Source: Octopus bimaculoides (lineage: Eukaryota). Taken from it: a DNA stretch of 64,000 nucleotides. The translations under genes and the position numbers were made by a program. Where the stretch lies: NCBI RefSeq assembly GCF_001194135.2, contig NC_068989.1, forward strand, positions 92,855,649 to 92,919,648. The letters run 5' to 3'. Each line of letters starts with the position of its first letter. The stretch's first letter is position 1. The notes under the pieces are model-generated. The model was not told the DNA's origin. It ran no database searches and was given only the letters and a program-made list of their open reading frames with translations. Shown here piece by piece: positions 23,885-37,800 of the stretch.

Positions 23885-24926
23885 TCATCATCCTCGTTAA
23901 TTCTTAAATACAAGCTCTAATGTAATAAGAATTAATAAGCTTAGAAGAATAATTATAAAACGTACAAACCTTGACACTTTATCGTGAGAAAGATTAAGAA
24001 AAATTTATTTATATACGAAATATGAACTGCAGTTGTCTGTAGAAAGGCAATGCGATGTTCGTAAAGTAATTATGACAGTTCTGATGGTAGGCAGGAAATG
24101 TATTCTCCATATAATTTTCATGGCATCCTATTTGAAGTTTTAGAACGCAAAACTGTTTATGCAGTGGGTGTGTATGTGTAACTGTATATATCCATCCATC
24201 CATCCATCCACATATATCTTATTATATACATGCATAGATACATATGTATCCGTTAGTACCCATTTTAGCAGACCATACCAACACACACACGGGTTGTTTG
24301 CTTACTTTCTTAATTTTTGCGAAATTATCTTCTTTCCTTCTGCTAAATTATCTGCACAGCGTCATCACATGAAAATCAGAAATAGAAAATGACGTATATC
24401 TCAGGGTAATATACAGATTTACTTGGGTCTATCTTTAACAAATGTCTCAAGTCTATTCAGTCGCCATACTTTTATATCTGTCAAGGTTGATTTAGTTGTA
24501 CGTATGTCCAGTTACCTAATTTATATATGTCGATTTTGGTATATCTCTGCGTTGACATTGAGATATGTGTGTTTATCGTATAAGTGTAAGAATGCATATG
24601 AAAAAGTATCCTCAGACTCTTTAATATTATTATAACAGCATTACATTACTATATATAAGCTTCAGAATGTAGCTAACTTTATGTATTTACGAAGAAGTAC
24701 GTAAATGCTCTGCAAAGTAAACATACTTAAACACATAATTTTAATCGCTCCGAGGAAGCTTAACGATTGAGCACAAACACTTACCTCTCAATGTACTGTA
24801 CTTTACATCAGGAACATTTGTAAGTTAAGGAGAGTGATTATATAACCCGTGCTGTCCTGTCATATATATACATATGCTCTAGCATCACCACAGCTTTAAA
24901 GCTGAAACAATTAAAACATTTAAAGA

Positions 24927-24973
<47 letters not shown>

Positions 24974-25018
24974 NNNNNNNNNNNNNNNNNNNNNNNNNNN
25001 NNNNNNNNNNNNNNNNNN

Positions 25019-25112
25019 AGTTAGGGTATTCGGCTCATGATCGCGTTGTGTCTCTTTAACAAGACACTTTATTTCACGTTGCTACAGTCCACTCAGATGG
25101 TATAAATAAGTA
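25019..25112 (+). mobile_element. SINE family D fragment
   Basis: gttagggtattcggctcatgatcgcgttgtgtc...acactttatttcacgttgctacagtccactcag. Confidence 0.7.
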
Positions 25113-25125
25113 GTACCTATATATA

Positions 25126-25155
<30 letters not shown>

Positions 25156-25178
<23 letters not shown>

Positions 25179-25400
25179 CCTTCCGGTCATTTCAAAATGT
25201 AACCATATCTGAATCGTTGGCGATTTCTTCCTCCGTCTTTCCTTCTTTTGGACTTTGTACTGTTTCCGAAGAAGAACGTCTGCTCGAAATGTTAAGCCAT
25301 CTTTCTTTCCTTTCCTGAGCGTCTGCTAATACCTTACATGTACCACGTCCTCGCGTTGTTGATTTTTTGTGTTTGGTCTTTTCTGGATTTACTATATATA
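25156..25400 (+). mobile_element. Penelope-like terminal repeat remnant containing a minimal hammerhead motif
   Basis: Contains CCGAAGA-A-GAAC gtct GCTC-GAAA-TGTT. The downstream ttcctgagcgt..ctaatac is shared with the reverse copy at 35335-35452. Confidence 0.6.
25262..25297 (+). ncRNA. Degenerate minimal type I hammerhead ribozyme motif
   Basis: Stem I GTTT/AAGC, core CCGAAGA, extra A, stem II GAAC/GCTC with one mismatch, GAAA, TGT-T. Confidence 0.5.
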
Positions 25401-26029
25401 TACAGAGAGGGAGAGAGCGGGAAAGATAAATGTATACACATACACATACACATATACATACATACTTATAAACATTTGTTTGTGCCTTCTCGTCTGTGTA
25501 ATTATTTTCTCCTGATTCTCTCGTTCAGTATATTTACATATGTAATATACTTTCCCATCAGTATTTCTGTCCGAGTTCACTAGTTCTAAATATACGATTG
25601 TATTATATCATGTATGTATGTATTGTCGACCATCTGATTTATTTTAACTGTATATATGATGACGTGTGCGTGTGTGTGGTTATTTCTGTGTGTCCCCAAG
25701 AAGTTAAAGACACGGTATATTGTTGTATGTATACATGTTTGATAGAGCAGGCGCGTGTAAAGTTAATTAAGGTTTTGGTAATTAAAATATAAATCAACAT
25801 GTGCTTGCTGATGGTTGCAATTCGCTCTGGTCTCAGTACGAACCCCGTGACTTCACAGTATACGTTCGTATACACAGAAGTCAACCAGTGTTTCATATGT
25901 GATCAAACAAGTTCGATTATTGATGACACGCACTCGAGCACGCAATCAATCCTGTGGCTATATTTTATTAAGTAATTCTGCCGAAGCAGTGCTCGCACAC
26001 ACGCATCATACATAGACATACCTTCACAT

Positions 26030-26221
26030 TACAGTATATATATATATGTATATATATGTATGTTCACACACACACATAAACACGCGCACAAACAAACACA
26101 CAAATATGTATGCATGTATATGTATACATACATACATACATATAAACACACACACACACATATATATATGCATATTACATCTACATATATGTATATATAT
26201 ATAAGTACAAAGTATGTATGT

Positions 26222-26262
<41 letters not shown>

Positions 26263-26430
26263 ACGTATATATACATATATATACATGCATATATATATGT
26301 GCATATATATATGTATATACATACACATGCGTGTGTATATATATATATGTATGCATGTATATATATGCATACATACATATAATGTGTCACACATACACAG
26401 CATACAAACATATGTACATGCACACACATG
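26030..26430. repeat. Degenerate CA/TA alternating tract
   Basis: Seen directly. Similar tracts occur at 28700-29320, 49990-50370 and 60470-60725. Confidence 0.95.
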
Positions 26431-26691
26431 AGCACACATGTTTCTCTTCCTTCCTTTCCTGTAATTGTGTGTCTCTGCTTTGCTTTGCATTGTTGAATGT
26501 CACTGTGTTTCTATGCACATGTGTGTGTAATGTGTAACGTGTGTATATGTGCTGTGTGTGTGTGTGTGTGTGCGTGTGGTCACGTGTGTACGTATGTTGG
26601 GCGCTGTGCAGCTTGTCACGTATGTGTATGTAAGGTGTTGTGTGTGTGTGTGCATGCGCCCACGTAATGTAGAGAAAGTGAGAGAGAGAGA

Positions 26692-26743
<52 letters not shown>

Positions 26744-27121
26744 CAATCAGTAAGCTGACCTCGGTTGTTGACGTCCTCTCATTTATTTAATTATTGCTTC
26801 TATTTGAGACATAAGACTAAATCAGTTACAGACTTCAGCTCTATAACCAACCAGCCAGCCAGCCAGCCAGCTACCTAGCAAGCCAGCCAGTCGGCCAGTC
26901 AGCCAGTCTCGAAGTCAACCAGTTACAGCAACAAACTGCATTAACAAATCTCACCAGTTAAGCATCCAACAAACTGGTTCAATCACTAGCACCACAACCA
27001 CCTCCGCCATCACAGCTCTCACGACCATCACCACTGCCCCCGCTGCCACCACAGTCATATCAGCACTCCGGCTCTACCATCGCCACAACTGCAAAATGCT
27101 CGATCCTCTATTGGAAGACCT

Positions 27122-27158
<37 letters not shown>

Positions 27159-27734
27159 GTAACAAGGACATCAAAACCACAAATCAGAAAGTTGATAACT
27201 TGGCTGATTAAAGAGGTTAATCACAAACACACACTCATACACACATACATGCAGAGGCATTTACGTGTGTGTGTGTGTGTGTGCACATAAATGATAGAAA
27301 ATGTAATGAGAAGACACTATTTAAAATCACTACAATTGTTCCGACACCTTTTAAAACCCGTAGTACATTAGTAAGCTGTGTAATCATTGTCAAGCATTCA
27401 ATTTTCTTTATTTCTATATTTTGCATTTCGATTATAATTGTATTTTGTCAGTCACTATATCCATGGGTGTAGTTTTCTCTGTAACTTGCTGAAAAATGAT
27501 ACATAATTTTGGTATGCTTTCTCATGCTGAATGAAATGGCTATAGGATCTAAGGAATGACTTATTCAAACAATCACCTGAAGAGGTGCATTTTGCACCAT
27601 AGATGGATGATTACACAATATCTCACCAATGTACTATGGGTGGATAATGTGTCAAAACAATTGTAGTGATTTGTAAATAGAAAATGTCGATCATTTCCTT
27701 CTCTACCGTTTATTTATTTATATAGACTCTACGT

Positions 27735-28090
27735 GGAGGTGCAATGGCTTAGTGGTTAGAGCAGCGGACTCGCGGTCGTAGGATCGCGGTTTCGATTCCC
27801 AGACCAGGCGTTGTGAGTGTTTATTGAGCGAAAACACCTAAAGCTCCACGACTCTCCGGCAGTGGATGGTGGCGAACCCTACTGTACTCTTTCTTCCTGT
27901 TTGTGGTGTACCTGTATTTCAAAGAGCCAGCGTTATCACACTCTGTGTCACGCTGAATCTCCCCGAGACCTACGTTAAGGGTACGCATGTTTGTGGAGTG
28001 CTCAGCCACTCGCACGTTAATTTCACGAGCAGGCTGTTCCGTTGATCGAATCAACTGGAACCCTCGTCGTCATAAACGACAGCGTGCCAC
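27735..28090 (+). mobile_element. Full-length SINE family C with probable TSD
   Basis: A box tggcttagtggttag, B box ggtttcgattcc, tail ggaaccctcgtcgtcataaacgacagcgtgccac. Flanked by atagactctac on the left and atagactac on the right. Confidence 0.93.
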
Positions 28091-28391
28091 GATAGACTAC
28101 AAACTATCGAATTCCTGGTTTATATCCATCAGTAGGTGCTTTTCCACTATATGATAACATCAGGTAGCTAATAGCTGTGGACGAGCTTTGCATAGATATT
28201 TTTTCTCGAATTTTATTCAATTACATACGTCCGTGTATGTGTGTGTGGGGGGGTGAGTGTATGCATGCATTNNNNNNNNNNNNNNNNNNNNNNNNNNNNN
28301 NNNNNNNNNNNNNNNNNNNNNNNNNNNNNNNNNNNNNNNNNNNNNNNNNNNNNNNNNNNNNNNNNNNNNNNNNNNNNNNNNNNNNNNNNNN

Positions 28392-28432
<41 letters not shown>

Positions 28433-29241
28433 ATGTACATCCTACTAACAACAACAGCAACAATCAGCTCCTTGGTTAATATGTCAATAACAATTTGTAT
28501 ATGTCGCAAACGTTTATAAGTTACATATTTGCATGGACCTCGGCTGAACTCCGACTTCATTCTGTGTTAATAAGAGTATTTTAAAGTTCAAATACCGTCG
28601 TAAAGAGGGAAAATGGAAATGTGTTTGTGCGCGTGTGTGCTTTCGCTTTTGTTTTCACACTGATATTTCCAACCTGTAGTAGCTTCCTAATGCATTTTTA
28701 CCTGTGGATACAAACACACACATGCGCGCGCGCACTCACACACGCGCGCATGCATACATGTACACGTACATATGGACATGCACATATATACACAAAAAGC
28801 ATTAACACTCACACACGTGCATATATGCATATTTGTAGACACAGCATACACATAGACACATGTATGTTTATGTATATTCGTACGCGCACAGAAACAGACT
28901 TATATATATGTATGCAAGGACACACACACACATGCATATATTTATACATATACATGTATATATATGCACGCTTTATATAAGCATTATATACCATTTATAT
29001 ATATATATATACACACACATACTCACACGTACATAAATGCATATATACATATTTACCTCTATACATACATATATGCTTATATTTATGTATATAAATACAT
29101 ATATATGTATGTATATATATTTATATATACACTCATAACTTTTACTTGTTTCAGGTGACAGGCCGCACATACACACATACACACACACTAATATATATAT
29201 GTATTTATATATGTATATATGTATGTATATGTATATATACG

Positions 29242-29312
<71 letters not shown>

Positions 29313-29689
29313 CATACATAGTATTGCTTCTGCATATCACTTATTTGATCAATGTTCTTCGTGCGGCTCTGAGCAAACGAAGCGTCAATGAAACGTCTGC
29401 TAACAGACCCAGCTCCTATCACAATCATCGACAATGAAGAAATTCCATTGTTCTGCCGTTTTCCATCATTTTATCACCTAATCTCAAATTTCAATCTTGA
29501 AGAACCTCTTAATTTTATTCTACACCGTTTATATGTTCTTTGACAAATAATTGCCTTTTTTTTCTTTCTTTTATTCCCGTATATTTTCTTGACGTAATTG
29601 TTGAGCATACACAATACACAGCCACACACGTACACACATAAGTATGTATGCACGTATATACACACACATATATATATGTATATATACGT

Positions 29690-29727
<38 letters not shown>

Positions 29728-30350
29728 TGTATGTATGTCATTTTCTGATCGGTTATACATTTGAAATATATTTCTCCATGTTCAGTCCAGATCTTATCAT
29801 TTCCGTTTCTTTCTGTTCAGAAAAGAAACGAAACATTTTCTTATGTTGCTTCGGTGCAGATCAGCAAAGACACTGCGCTCTCTCGTTATTGTTCCTCTTT
29901 TAATTTTTTAGCTTTCTTGAATGTGGAAAGTGTTAGTACGATTGTGTTTATGGTTGTTGCTGGTGTTATACGATGTTACTTTGTCGTCCTTGTTATTATC
30001 ATTCTTGGTTTATTATTGTTATTTCAGGTTTGTTAGCTATTACTGCTTGTTCCCTTTCCTTCGTTACTTCTTAGTTTTTTGTATGAATTTTGGCGTCTGT
30101 TGTCTTGTTTATTTATTTATTTTTCGGTTTGAGAAAAACATGCAGTTTTATAAGTTTGACAATTCGCTAGCGATATATGTTAATTAGGAATGTATGTGTG
30201 TAAGTATGCATATGTATATATATATGTACATTTCTCTCTCGTTCTCTCTCTCTCTGTCTCTCTCTCTCTCTATCTCTCTCTCACTCTCTCTCACTCTCTC
30301 TCTCTCTCTCACTCTCTCTCACTCTCTCTCACTCTCTCTCTCTCTCTCTC

Positions 30351-30383
<33 letters not shown>

Positions 30384-30744
30384 ACAATATATGAGTATAT
30401 GCATATATATATGTACATGTATGTATATACGTCCATCTACATGTACATATAGATACATAACTGGGTACATGACGTGGCAAAAGAACAAGGACATAATGGT
30501 AAACAAGGTGCACCAAACAAACAGGCCACATAGAAACATCCCCTTCATCAGCTGCCACCATTTATATATNNNNNNNNNNNNNNNNNNNNNNNNNNNNNNN
30601 NNNNNNNNNNNNNNNNNNNNNNNNNNNNNNNNNNNNNNNNNNNNNNNNNNNNNNNNNNNNNNNNNNNNNNNNNNNNNNNNATGCGTACGTGTGTGTGTGT
30701 GTGTACATATGCATGCGTGTATATATATATATGTATGTATCTGT

Positions 30745-30938
30745 GTGTGTCTACTTCAATATCTGACCACTGTGTGACAACCGATGTTGGTGTGTTTACG
30801 TCCCCGCTCCTTAGTTGTTTGGCAAAATACACCGATAGAATAAGCCTCAAGCTTAGAAACAAAATAAGTCCTGGGGCGATTAGTTCGACTAAAATTTCAC
30901 AAGGTGACGCCCCTGGATGGCTGAAACAGATAAAAGGT
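30745..30938 (+). mobile_element. SINE family A, 3' half
   Basis: gacaaccgatgttggtgtgtttacgtcccc...ccgatagaataag...aataagtcctgggg...ggctgaaacagataaaagg. Confidence 0.85.
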
Positions 30939-31942
30939 AAAAAGCGTGTATACACACACACACACGAACAGACAATCTGTATGTGTGTGTGTGTATATAT
31001 ATATATATANNNNNNNNNNNNNNNNNNNNNNNNNNNNNNNNNNNNNNNNNNNNNNNNNNNNNNNNNNNNNNNNNNNNNNNNNNNNNNNNNNNNNNNNNNN
31101 NNNNNNNNNNNNNNNNNNNNNNNNNNNNNNNNNNNNNNNNNNNNNNNNNNNNNNNNNNNNNNNNNNNNNNNNNNNNNNNNNNNNNNNNNNNNNNNNNNNN
31201 NNNNNNNNNNNNNNNNNNNNNNNNNNNNNNNNNNNNNNNNNNNNNNNNNNNNNNNNNNNNNNNNNNNNNNNNNNNNNNNNNNNNNNNNNNNNNNNNNNNN
31301 NNNNNNNNNNNNNNNNNNNNNNNNNNNNNNNNNNNNNNNNNNNNNNNNNNNNNNNNNNNNNNNNNNNNNNNNNNNNNNNNNNNNNNNNNNNNNNNNNNNN
31401 NNNNNNNNNNNNNNNNNNNNNNNNNNNNNNNNNNNNNNNNNNNNNNNNNNNNNNNNNNNNNNNNNNNNNNNNNNNNNNNNNNNNNNNNNNNNNNNNNNNN
31501 NNNNNNNNNNNNNNNNNNNNNNNNNNNNNNNNNNNNNNNNNNNNNNNNNNNNNNNNNNNNNNNNNNNNNNNNNNNNNNNNNNNNNNNNNNNNNNNNNNNN
31601 NNNNNNNNNNNNNNNNNNNNNNNNNNNNNNNNNNNNNNNNNNNNNNNNNNNNNNNNNNNNNNNNNNNNNNNNNNNNNNNNNNNNNNNNNNNNNNNNNNNN
31701 NNNNNNNNNNNNNNNNNNNNNNNNNNNNNNNNNNNNNNNNNNNNNNNNNNNNNNNNNNNNNNNNNNNNNNNNNNNNNNNNNNNNNNNNNNNNNNNNNNNN
31801 NNNNNNNNNNNNNNNNNNNNNNNNNNNNNNNNNNNNNNNNNNNNNNNNNNNNNNNNNNNNNNNNNNNNNNNNNNNNNNNNNNNNNNNNNNNNNNNNNNNN
31901 NNNNNNNNNNNNNNNNNNNNNNNNNNNNNNNNNNNNNNNNNN

Positions 31943-32178
31943 GCTATCCTCATCCATTCTCACCACATGTCCATACCAGCGCAATCGTCTCTCTTGCACA
32001 CCACAACTGATGCTTCTAATGTTCAGCTTTTCTCTCAAGATACTTACACTCTGACGGGTATTCACATTGACATTACACATCCAACGGAGCATACTGGCTT
32101 CATTCCTTGCGAGCTTACGTATGTCCTCAGCAGTTACAGCCCATGTTTCACTGCCATGTAGCATGGCTGTTCGTACGC

Positions 32179-32180
<2 letters not shown>
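31943..32180 (-). mobile_element. RTE-clade LINE ORF2 fragment (C-terminal to RT), 5'-truncated, running into a gap
   Basis: CVRTAMLHGSETWAVTAEDIRKLARNEASMLRWMCNVNVNTRQSVSILREKLNIRSISCGVQERRLRWYGHVVRMDEDS. The GSETW and LRWYGHV.R motifs are typical of RTE. Confidence 0.92.
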
Positions 32181-32212
<32 letters not shown>

Positions 32213-32939
32213 TTATATATAATCTGCATCTATCTATCTATCTATCTATTTATCTATATCAGCACCTGTCTTAAGCGTTTTCTATCCAATTATGCACTAT
32301 TATTTATAGCTTACCTGCTTCAAGATCCGACGATCATCTCATCATTTGACATGTGGCACCCCGTTGCGCCTGTACAGGTAATGTCGATTTGATAGAGGGA
32401 GTGCGCTTATGTGTACACAAACATTTGTTCGCTATAAACAAATTATTTGTGTGGTTGTTCGGTAAGAAATTGTCGAACCCTCATACATCATCTAAGGACG
32501 GGAGAGTCCATTATATATATATATAATACCCATACATGCAAGCGTATGCATTCTCCTATGCGATGTCATGTGATAATATATTCCAAGAAAAACTAAATTA
32601 AATGTCTATGATAATTATTAAGTTATTCGTTTTTCACCCGTTCTCTACTCAAATTAGATCATCTCATTTTTACGCCTTCTACCATGAAGCTATGTTTCAA
32701 TCATTTGACTAATCATTCATGAACCTTGTGATATAAATCAACTTCCGAAGTAATAAATTCATCATCAAATTTTTACGTAAACGGTTTTAAAAGTTGAATA
32801 TCACCGTTACCGCGAAGAAAGCAAAAATTTAACTTTTCGGATAGGCTCCTTCACAAAGAGAGAGGTNNNNNNNNNNNNNNNNNNNNNNNNNNNNNNNNNN
32901 NNNNNNNNNNNNNNNNNNNNNGAGAGAGAGGGAGAGAGG

Positions 32940-32975
<36 letters not shown>

Positions 32976-33697
32976 GAGAGAATTGTTTCCTGAGGGTAGC
33001 AAATTAATAGATTCTCCTATGAAAGGTTCTGTCCGAATATTTTCCACTTCAAATGGAACAATTTGTTCCGGTTTTAAAGTTAAAAATATAAACTGAAGTT
33101 AGCAGTGGCAGCTCTGACGGGTCTAGTATTGGCCTGCATTCGCAAATATTTAGTATAAAATAAGTTAAAACAATAATGAGATACATTAACTTGTTACGTA
33201 GAAGTGCAAAAATTTTATCGTATTGGATAAAATTCTTTGTTTGAGATAGGCGTTTTCTGGAGATACTGTATAAATAAATTGGAAGTTTTCAAAGACAGAT
33301 AGAAAAGAAAAAAGCCAAAAATGAAGCGGTACATAGAATAAATGACGGAATAAATCCAGTGAAGAAAAATTACTTTTAAACATTTTTTGCTCACTAATCA
33401 GTGTTATTAGAGAACTTTGGGATGTCTTTCATTGCATTTTTTTTTATCGTTTTTAATTTACTTTTCGTTCGCTTGGCATCAGTATCTTGGGCATTCGTCT
33501 TAGAAAAAGCCGCACTGGCTGCAATATTCTCGGTTTTCTTATGTATTCATTATCTTGTGTGCTTCCGGAACAAAATCCATTGGCGATTTATTTCCAGCGA
33601 GTTCATAATAGTAATGCAGCGCCTCTATAGGTGATTGACGTTTTCCAGGGACAGGTTATAAAGATGTATCCCCTACCAATATAAACGGTTGAAGGTA

Positions 33698-33803
<106 letters not shown>

Positions 33804-34338
33804 CTGAAGACCTATTTACGTATTTATCTCTGTAAAGAAGAAAGCTAAAATAAAATTGCATGTGATCGAATGGAAAGCTTGGAGCGGGTGATATTTTATC
33901 CATTTATATGTGTGTGTTTGTGTGCCTGTATGTGCTTGTGTGTTTCTGTGTGTATCTACATATACAGTTGTGCGAATATTTACAGGATCTTAAGATATTG
34001 TCTGTATNNNNNNNNNNGTGTACAGTGTGAACGAACCGCACAGGGCGGCCATTTTATATACGTATGCATCCTGTAGTTAAAGGTATGTATTGCGTTTAAG
34101 GAAGTGAATAGCTAATTTGGTTTCGACACAGGGCGCTCAAAACCCATGATACTCCACTGAGCATTTGTTAACCTTAAATATTTAGATGAGTAAGAAAAGA
34201 AAAAGTGAATATAATAGCTTTCCTATCGTCTAAAAATGACTCAAATTGCTCTCATGTGATATAATTACTAACATTTTAACGTTCTCCAATATATACCTAA
34301 TTTTTGTTTTAAGAATAGAATCCAGCCATGAATAATAA

Positions 34339-34560
34339 AAATGGCGACGAATTGAGGTTGGCGGAATCATTAGAGCGTATTTCTTCCGTCTTTTAATGTT
34401 TCGAGTTCAAATCCCGCTGATTTCAATTTTGCCATTCGTTCCTCTTGGTTGAATAAAATAAAGCACCAGACAAGAAATAGAATTGGTGTTTTCGATAAAT
34501 AATGGGATTCACGTTTCTCTTCCACTAAATATTAAAGGTTTTGTGCCTAAATTAGAAGCA
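34339..34560 (+). mobile_element. SINE family B, degraded
   Basis: ggcggaatcattagagcgt...gagttcaaatcccgctg...ttttgtgcctaaattagaa. Confidence 0.75.
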
Positions 34561-34570
34561 ATGATACTCG

Positions 34571-34757
34571 TAATTTTGGCACAAGGCCAGCAATTTTGAG
34601 GGAAGAGAGCAAGTCAATTACATCGATCCTCAGACTTGAATGGTTCCTTAGCTTATCGACCCGGAAAGGTTTAAAGATAAAGATGGTCACAGCATGATTT
34701 GAACTCAGAATATAAAGAGCCAGAACGAACGCTGACAAAATTTTTCGCCGACCTCCT
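34571..34757 (-). mobile_element. SINE family B
   Basis: taattttggcacaaggccagcaatttt...atttgaactcagaatataaag. Confidence 0.85.
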
Positions 34758-34778
34758 AATAATAATAAAAAGACAAAA

Positions 34779-34985
34779 TGATTTCACATTTTGTCACAAG
34801 GCCAGCAATTTCGGGGAAGTAGGTAAGTCGATCAAATCGACCCTAGTATTCAACTGGTACCTATTTTATCGACCCCGAAAGGCAAAGTCGACCTCTTCCG
34901 AATTTGAGCTCAGAACATAAAGACGGACGAAACGCCGCTTAGCATTTTGTCTGGCGTGCTAACGATTCTGCCAGCTCGCTCTCTG
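34779..34985 (-). mobile_element. SINE family B, well preserved
   Basis: gatttcacattttgtcacaaggccagcaatttcgggg...gcgtgctaacgattctgccagctcgc. Confidence 0.9.
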
Positions 34986-34994
34986 CTTTTTCAA

Positions 34995-35048
<54 letters not shown>

Positions 35049-35287
35049 CAGTAATTCTTTATNNNNNNNNNNGTGTGTGTGTGTGCATGCACGTACGTGC
35101 TTGTATGTATATATTTCTTTTCCTTAATTCTCTCTTTTTTTTCTTGTCTGGTATCTCTACCTTTCTCTTTCTCTACACGCGCCTGTGTGTATGGGCGGCT
35201 GCGTGCGTGTTTGCATTTATCGGTGTATGTTAGCATGAATCTACCTACGCATTCGTCCTCTCATCTCATCTCATTTTATCTTTTCTC

Positions 35288-35330
<43 letters not shown>

Positions 35331-35334
35331 GATC

Positions 35335-35452
35335 TAATTGGAATTTACAAAAGACGAAGACAGGTGTGTAAACAACAAACAGATGTATTAGTTTAACGCT
35401 CGGGAAGTGACAAAGTATTTAACGTTTCGAGCCTACGCTCTTCAACAGAAAT
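35335..35452 (-). mobile_element. Penelope-like terminal repeat remnant with a hammerhead motif at its 5' end
   Basis: The minus strand reads ATTT-CTGTTGA-A-GAGC gtag GCTC-GAAA-CGT-T-AAAT followed by actttgtcacttcccgagcgttaaactaatac. Confidence 0.6.
35417..35452 (-). ncRNA. Minimal type I hammerhead motif with an A6U core change
   Basis: 4-bp stem I ATTT/AAAT, perfect stem II GAGC/GCTC, palindromic ACGU stem III, GUU cleavage triplet. Confidence 0.55.
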
Positions 35453-35458
35453 GAACAC

Positions 35459-35511
<53 letters not shown>

Positions 35512-35548
35512 CGCGGTTTTTCCATAATCCCACTGTCCACACCCTCTC

Positions 35549-35611
<63 letters not shown>

Positions 35612-35805
35612 AATACACACATACATATACATACACACATATGCAAGTACATATGTAAAGAGAGCAGTGTTAGATTAAAATGGCTAGAGAAAGAGAGAGG
35701 TGAGAGAAAGAGAGAGGGTCACAGACAGTGATAGAGACAGGCAGACGCACGGACAGAGACAGACAGAGACAGGAAGAGCGTCACGTACTCAAAGAGAAAA
35801 TCATA

Positions 35806-35844
<39 letters not shown>

Positions 35845-36167
35845 ATACACATATTCATAACCCTTCGTACAAAATGCACAGGAACCAGTTGATAGAAATA
35901 CATGCACGAACCTTGGTGATGACAAAAACACACAAATTGAAAACACACACATACAAATGCATATAGATAAAAATGCACGCGCATACATGCAAACATGCAT
36001 AACCACACATAAATGTAGTTAGAAATGAACACATGCATGCACAGACAAAAATGCACTCACACACACACACATATATACACTGCACGGCTCTTACAGGAAC
36101 ATACGCACATACATAAATGTACATACAGGCATGCATACATACACCCATGCATACATACATACATATA

Positions 36168-36215
<48 letters not shown>

Positions 36216-36633
36216 NNNNNNNNNNNNNNNNNNNNNNNNNNNNNNNNNNNNNNNNNNNNNNNNNNNNNNNNNNNNNNNNNNNNNNNNNNNNNNNNNNNNN
36301 NNNNNNNNNNNNNNNNNNNNNNNNNNNNNNNNNNNNNNNNNNNNNNNNNNNNNNNNNNNNNNNNNNNNNNNNNNNNNNNNNNNNNNNNNNNNNNNNNNNN
36401 NNNNNNNNNNNNNNNNNNNNNNNNNNNNNNNNNNNNNNNNNNNNNNNNNNNNNNNNNNNNNNNNNNNNNNNNNNNNNNNNNNNNNNNNNNNNNNNNNNNN
36501 NNNNNNNNNNNNNNNNNNNNNNNNNNNNNNNNNNNNNNNNNNNNNNNNNNNNNNNNNNNNNNNNNNNNNNNNNNNNNNNNNNNNNNNNNNNNNNNNNNNN
36601 NNNNNNNNNNNNNNNNNNNNNNNNNNNNNNNNN

Positions 36634-36680
<47 letters not shown>

Positions 36681-37528
36681 TATATATATATATATATATT
36701 GCATGCATATATTTATATACCAACAGACACACACATGTATATGGAAGTGAGTAATCATATGTGCATAAAACGCATACGCAGAGAGACAGGCATATACGCT
36801 TACAAAATACATGGAGACATGCGCGCGCGCGTATATACACGCGCAGATAACAGCATAGTGCCATAGGCAAAATAAAATAAAAAATGGGGGACGAAAGAAA
36901 ACAAAGTAAATTGACGCAAAAAATTACAAAATAAAGCAAAAAATAATGAAAAAAACTAGAATCCAAATTCTTTTCGGTTTGGTTAGATTAAACTCCACAA
37001 TATACTAGATAGAAGAAATCAGTGTAGAATCGTACTGAAAAGAGAATAATCAGTACCGAAGCCCCAAACAACCAAAACCAACTAAGAAAGCATAAAAAAG
37101 AAAGAAACAAAGAAGTAAAATAAGAAAACGAAAATAGAGAGGAATAAAGAGCGAGTAAGAACGGAGATCAGTAACAATGAAAGGATAAGTTTTTTTTTTA
37201 CTGTTTTATTTAGCAAAAAACAAAAATGAGAAAGATGACATCAACAATGGAATGGAACTAGGAAAGATTCCAAAAGATCAAAAGATTCCATCTTGTTTTA
37301 TTCATCTTTGTTAGTTAAAGAAAATATGTGTCTACGTACGTATACATACATACATACATATATACATACATACACTAACGCACACACATATATATATATA
37401 TACATATACATATATATGTATATATAAAAATGTATGTATGTGTGTGTGTACGTGTGTTTACATAATATGAGTATAATATATATATATATAATTATGTATG
37501 TATATATGTCTATACAAACATGAATTAG

Positions 37529-37583
<55 letters not shown>

Positions 37584-37635
37584 AGTATATATATATACTT
37601 ATATACATAAACACACACACNNNNNNNNNNNNNNN

Positions 37636-37682
<47 letters not shown>

Positions 37683-37734
37683 GCCACATATATACATTCA
37701 CACATATACACACAGGTATCTGTGTGTGTGTAGA

Positions 37735-37800
37735 TGTACGTATCCTTTTCTTCTCTCCCTGGTTTCTATTATCCACTTGTGGCCATGCTGGAGCAACACA
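37735..37800 (-). mobile_element. Isolated family A/CR1-type 3' tail
   Basis: The minus strand reads gttgctccagcatggccacaagtggataatagaaacc. Confidence 0.5.

Noticed and set aside
29330-29434. Rossmann-like [13 protein letters not shown] on the minus strand
   Set aside because: It lacks the third glycine, has no convincing splice sites, and the frame runs into a microsatellite.
30460-30570. Minus-strand CTGATGA-A-GGGG as a hammerhead half
   Set aside because: No closing stem or GAAA box follows.
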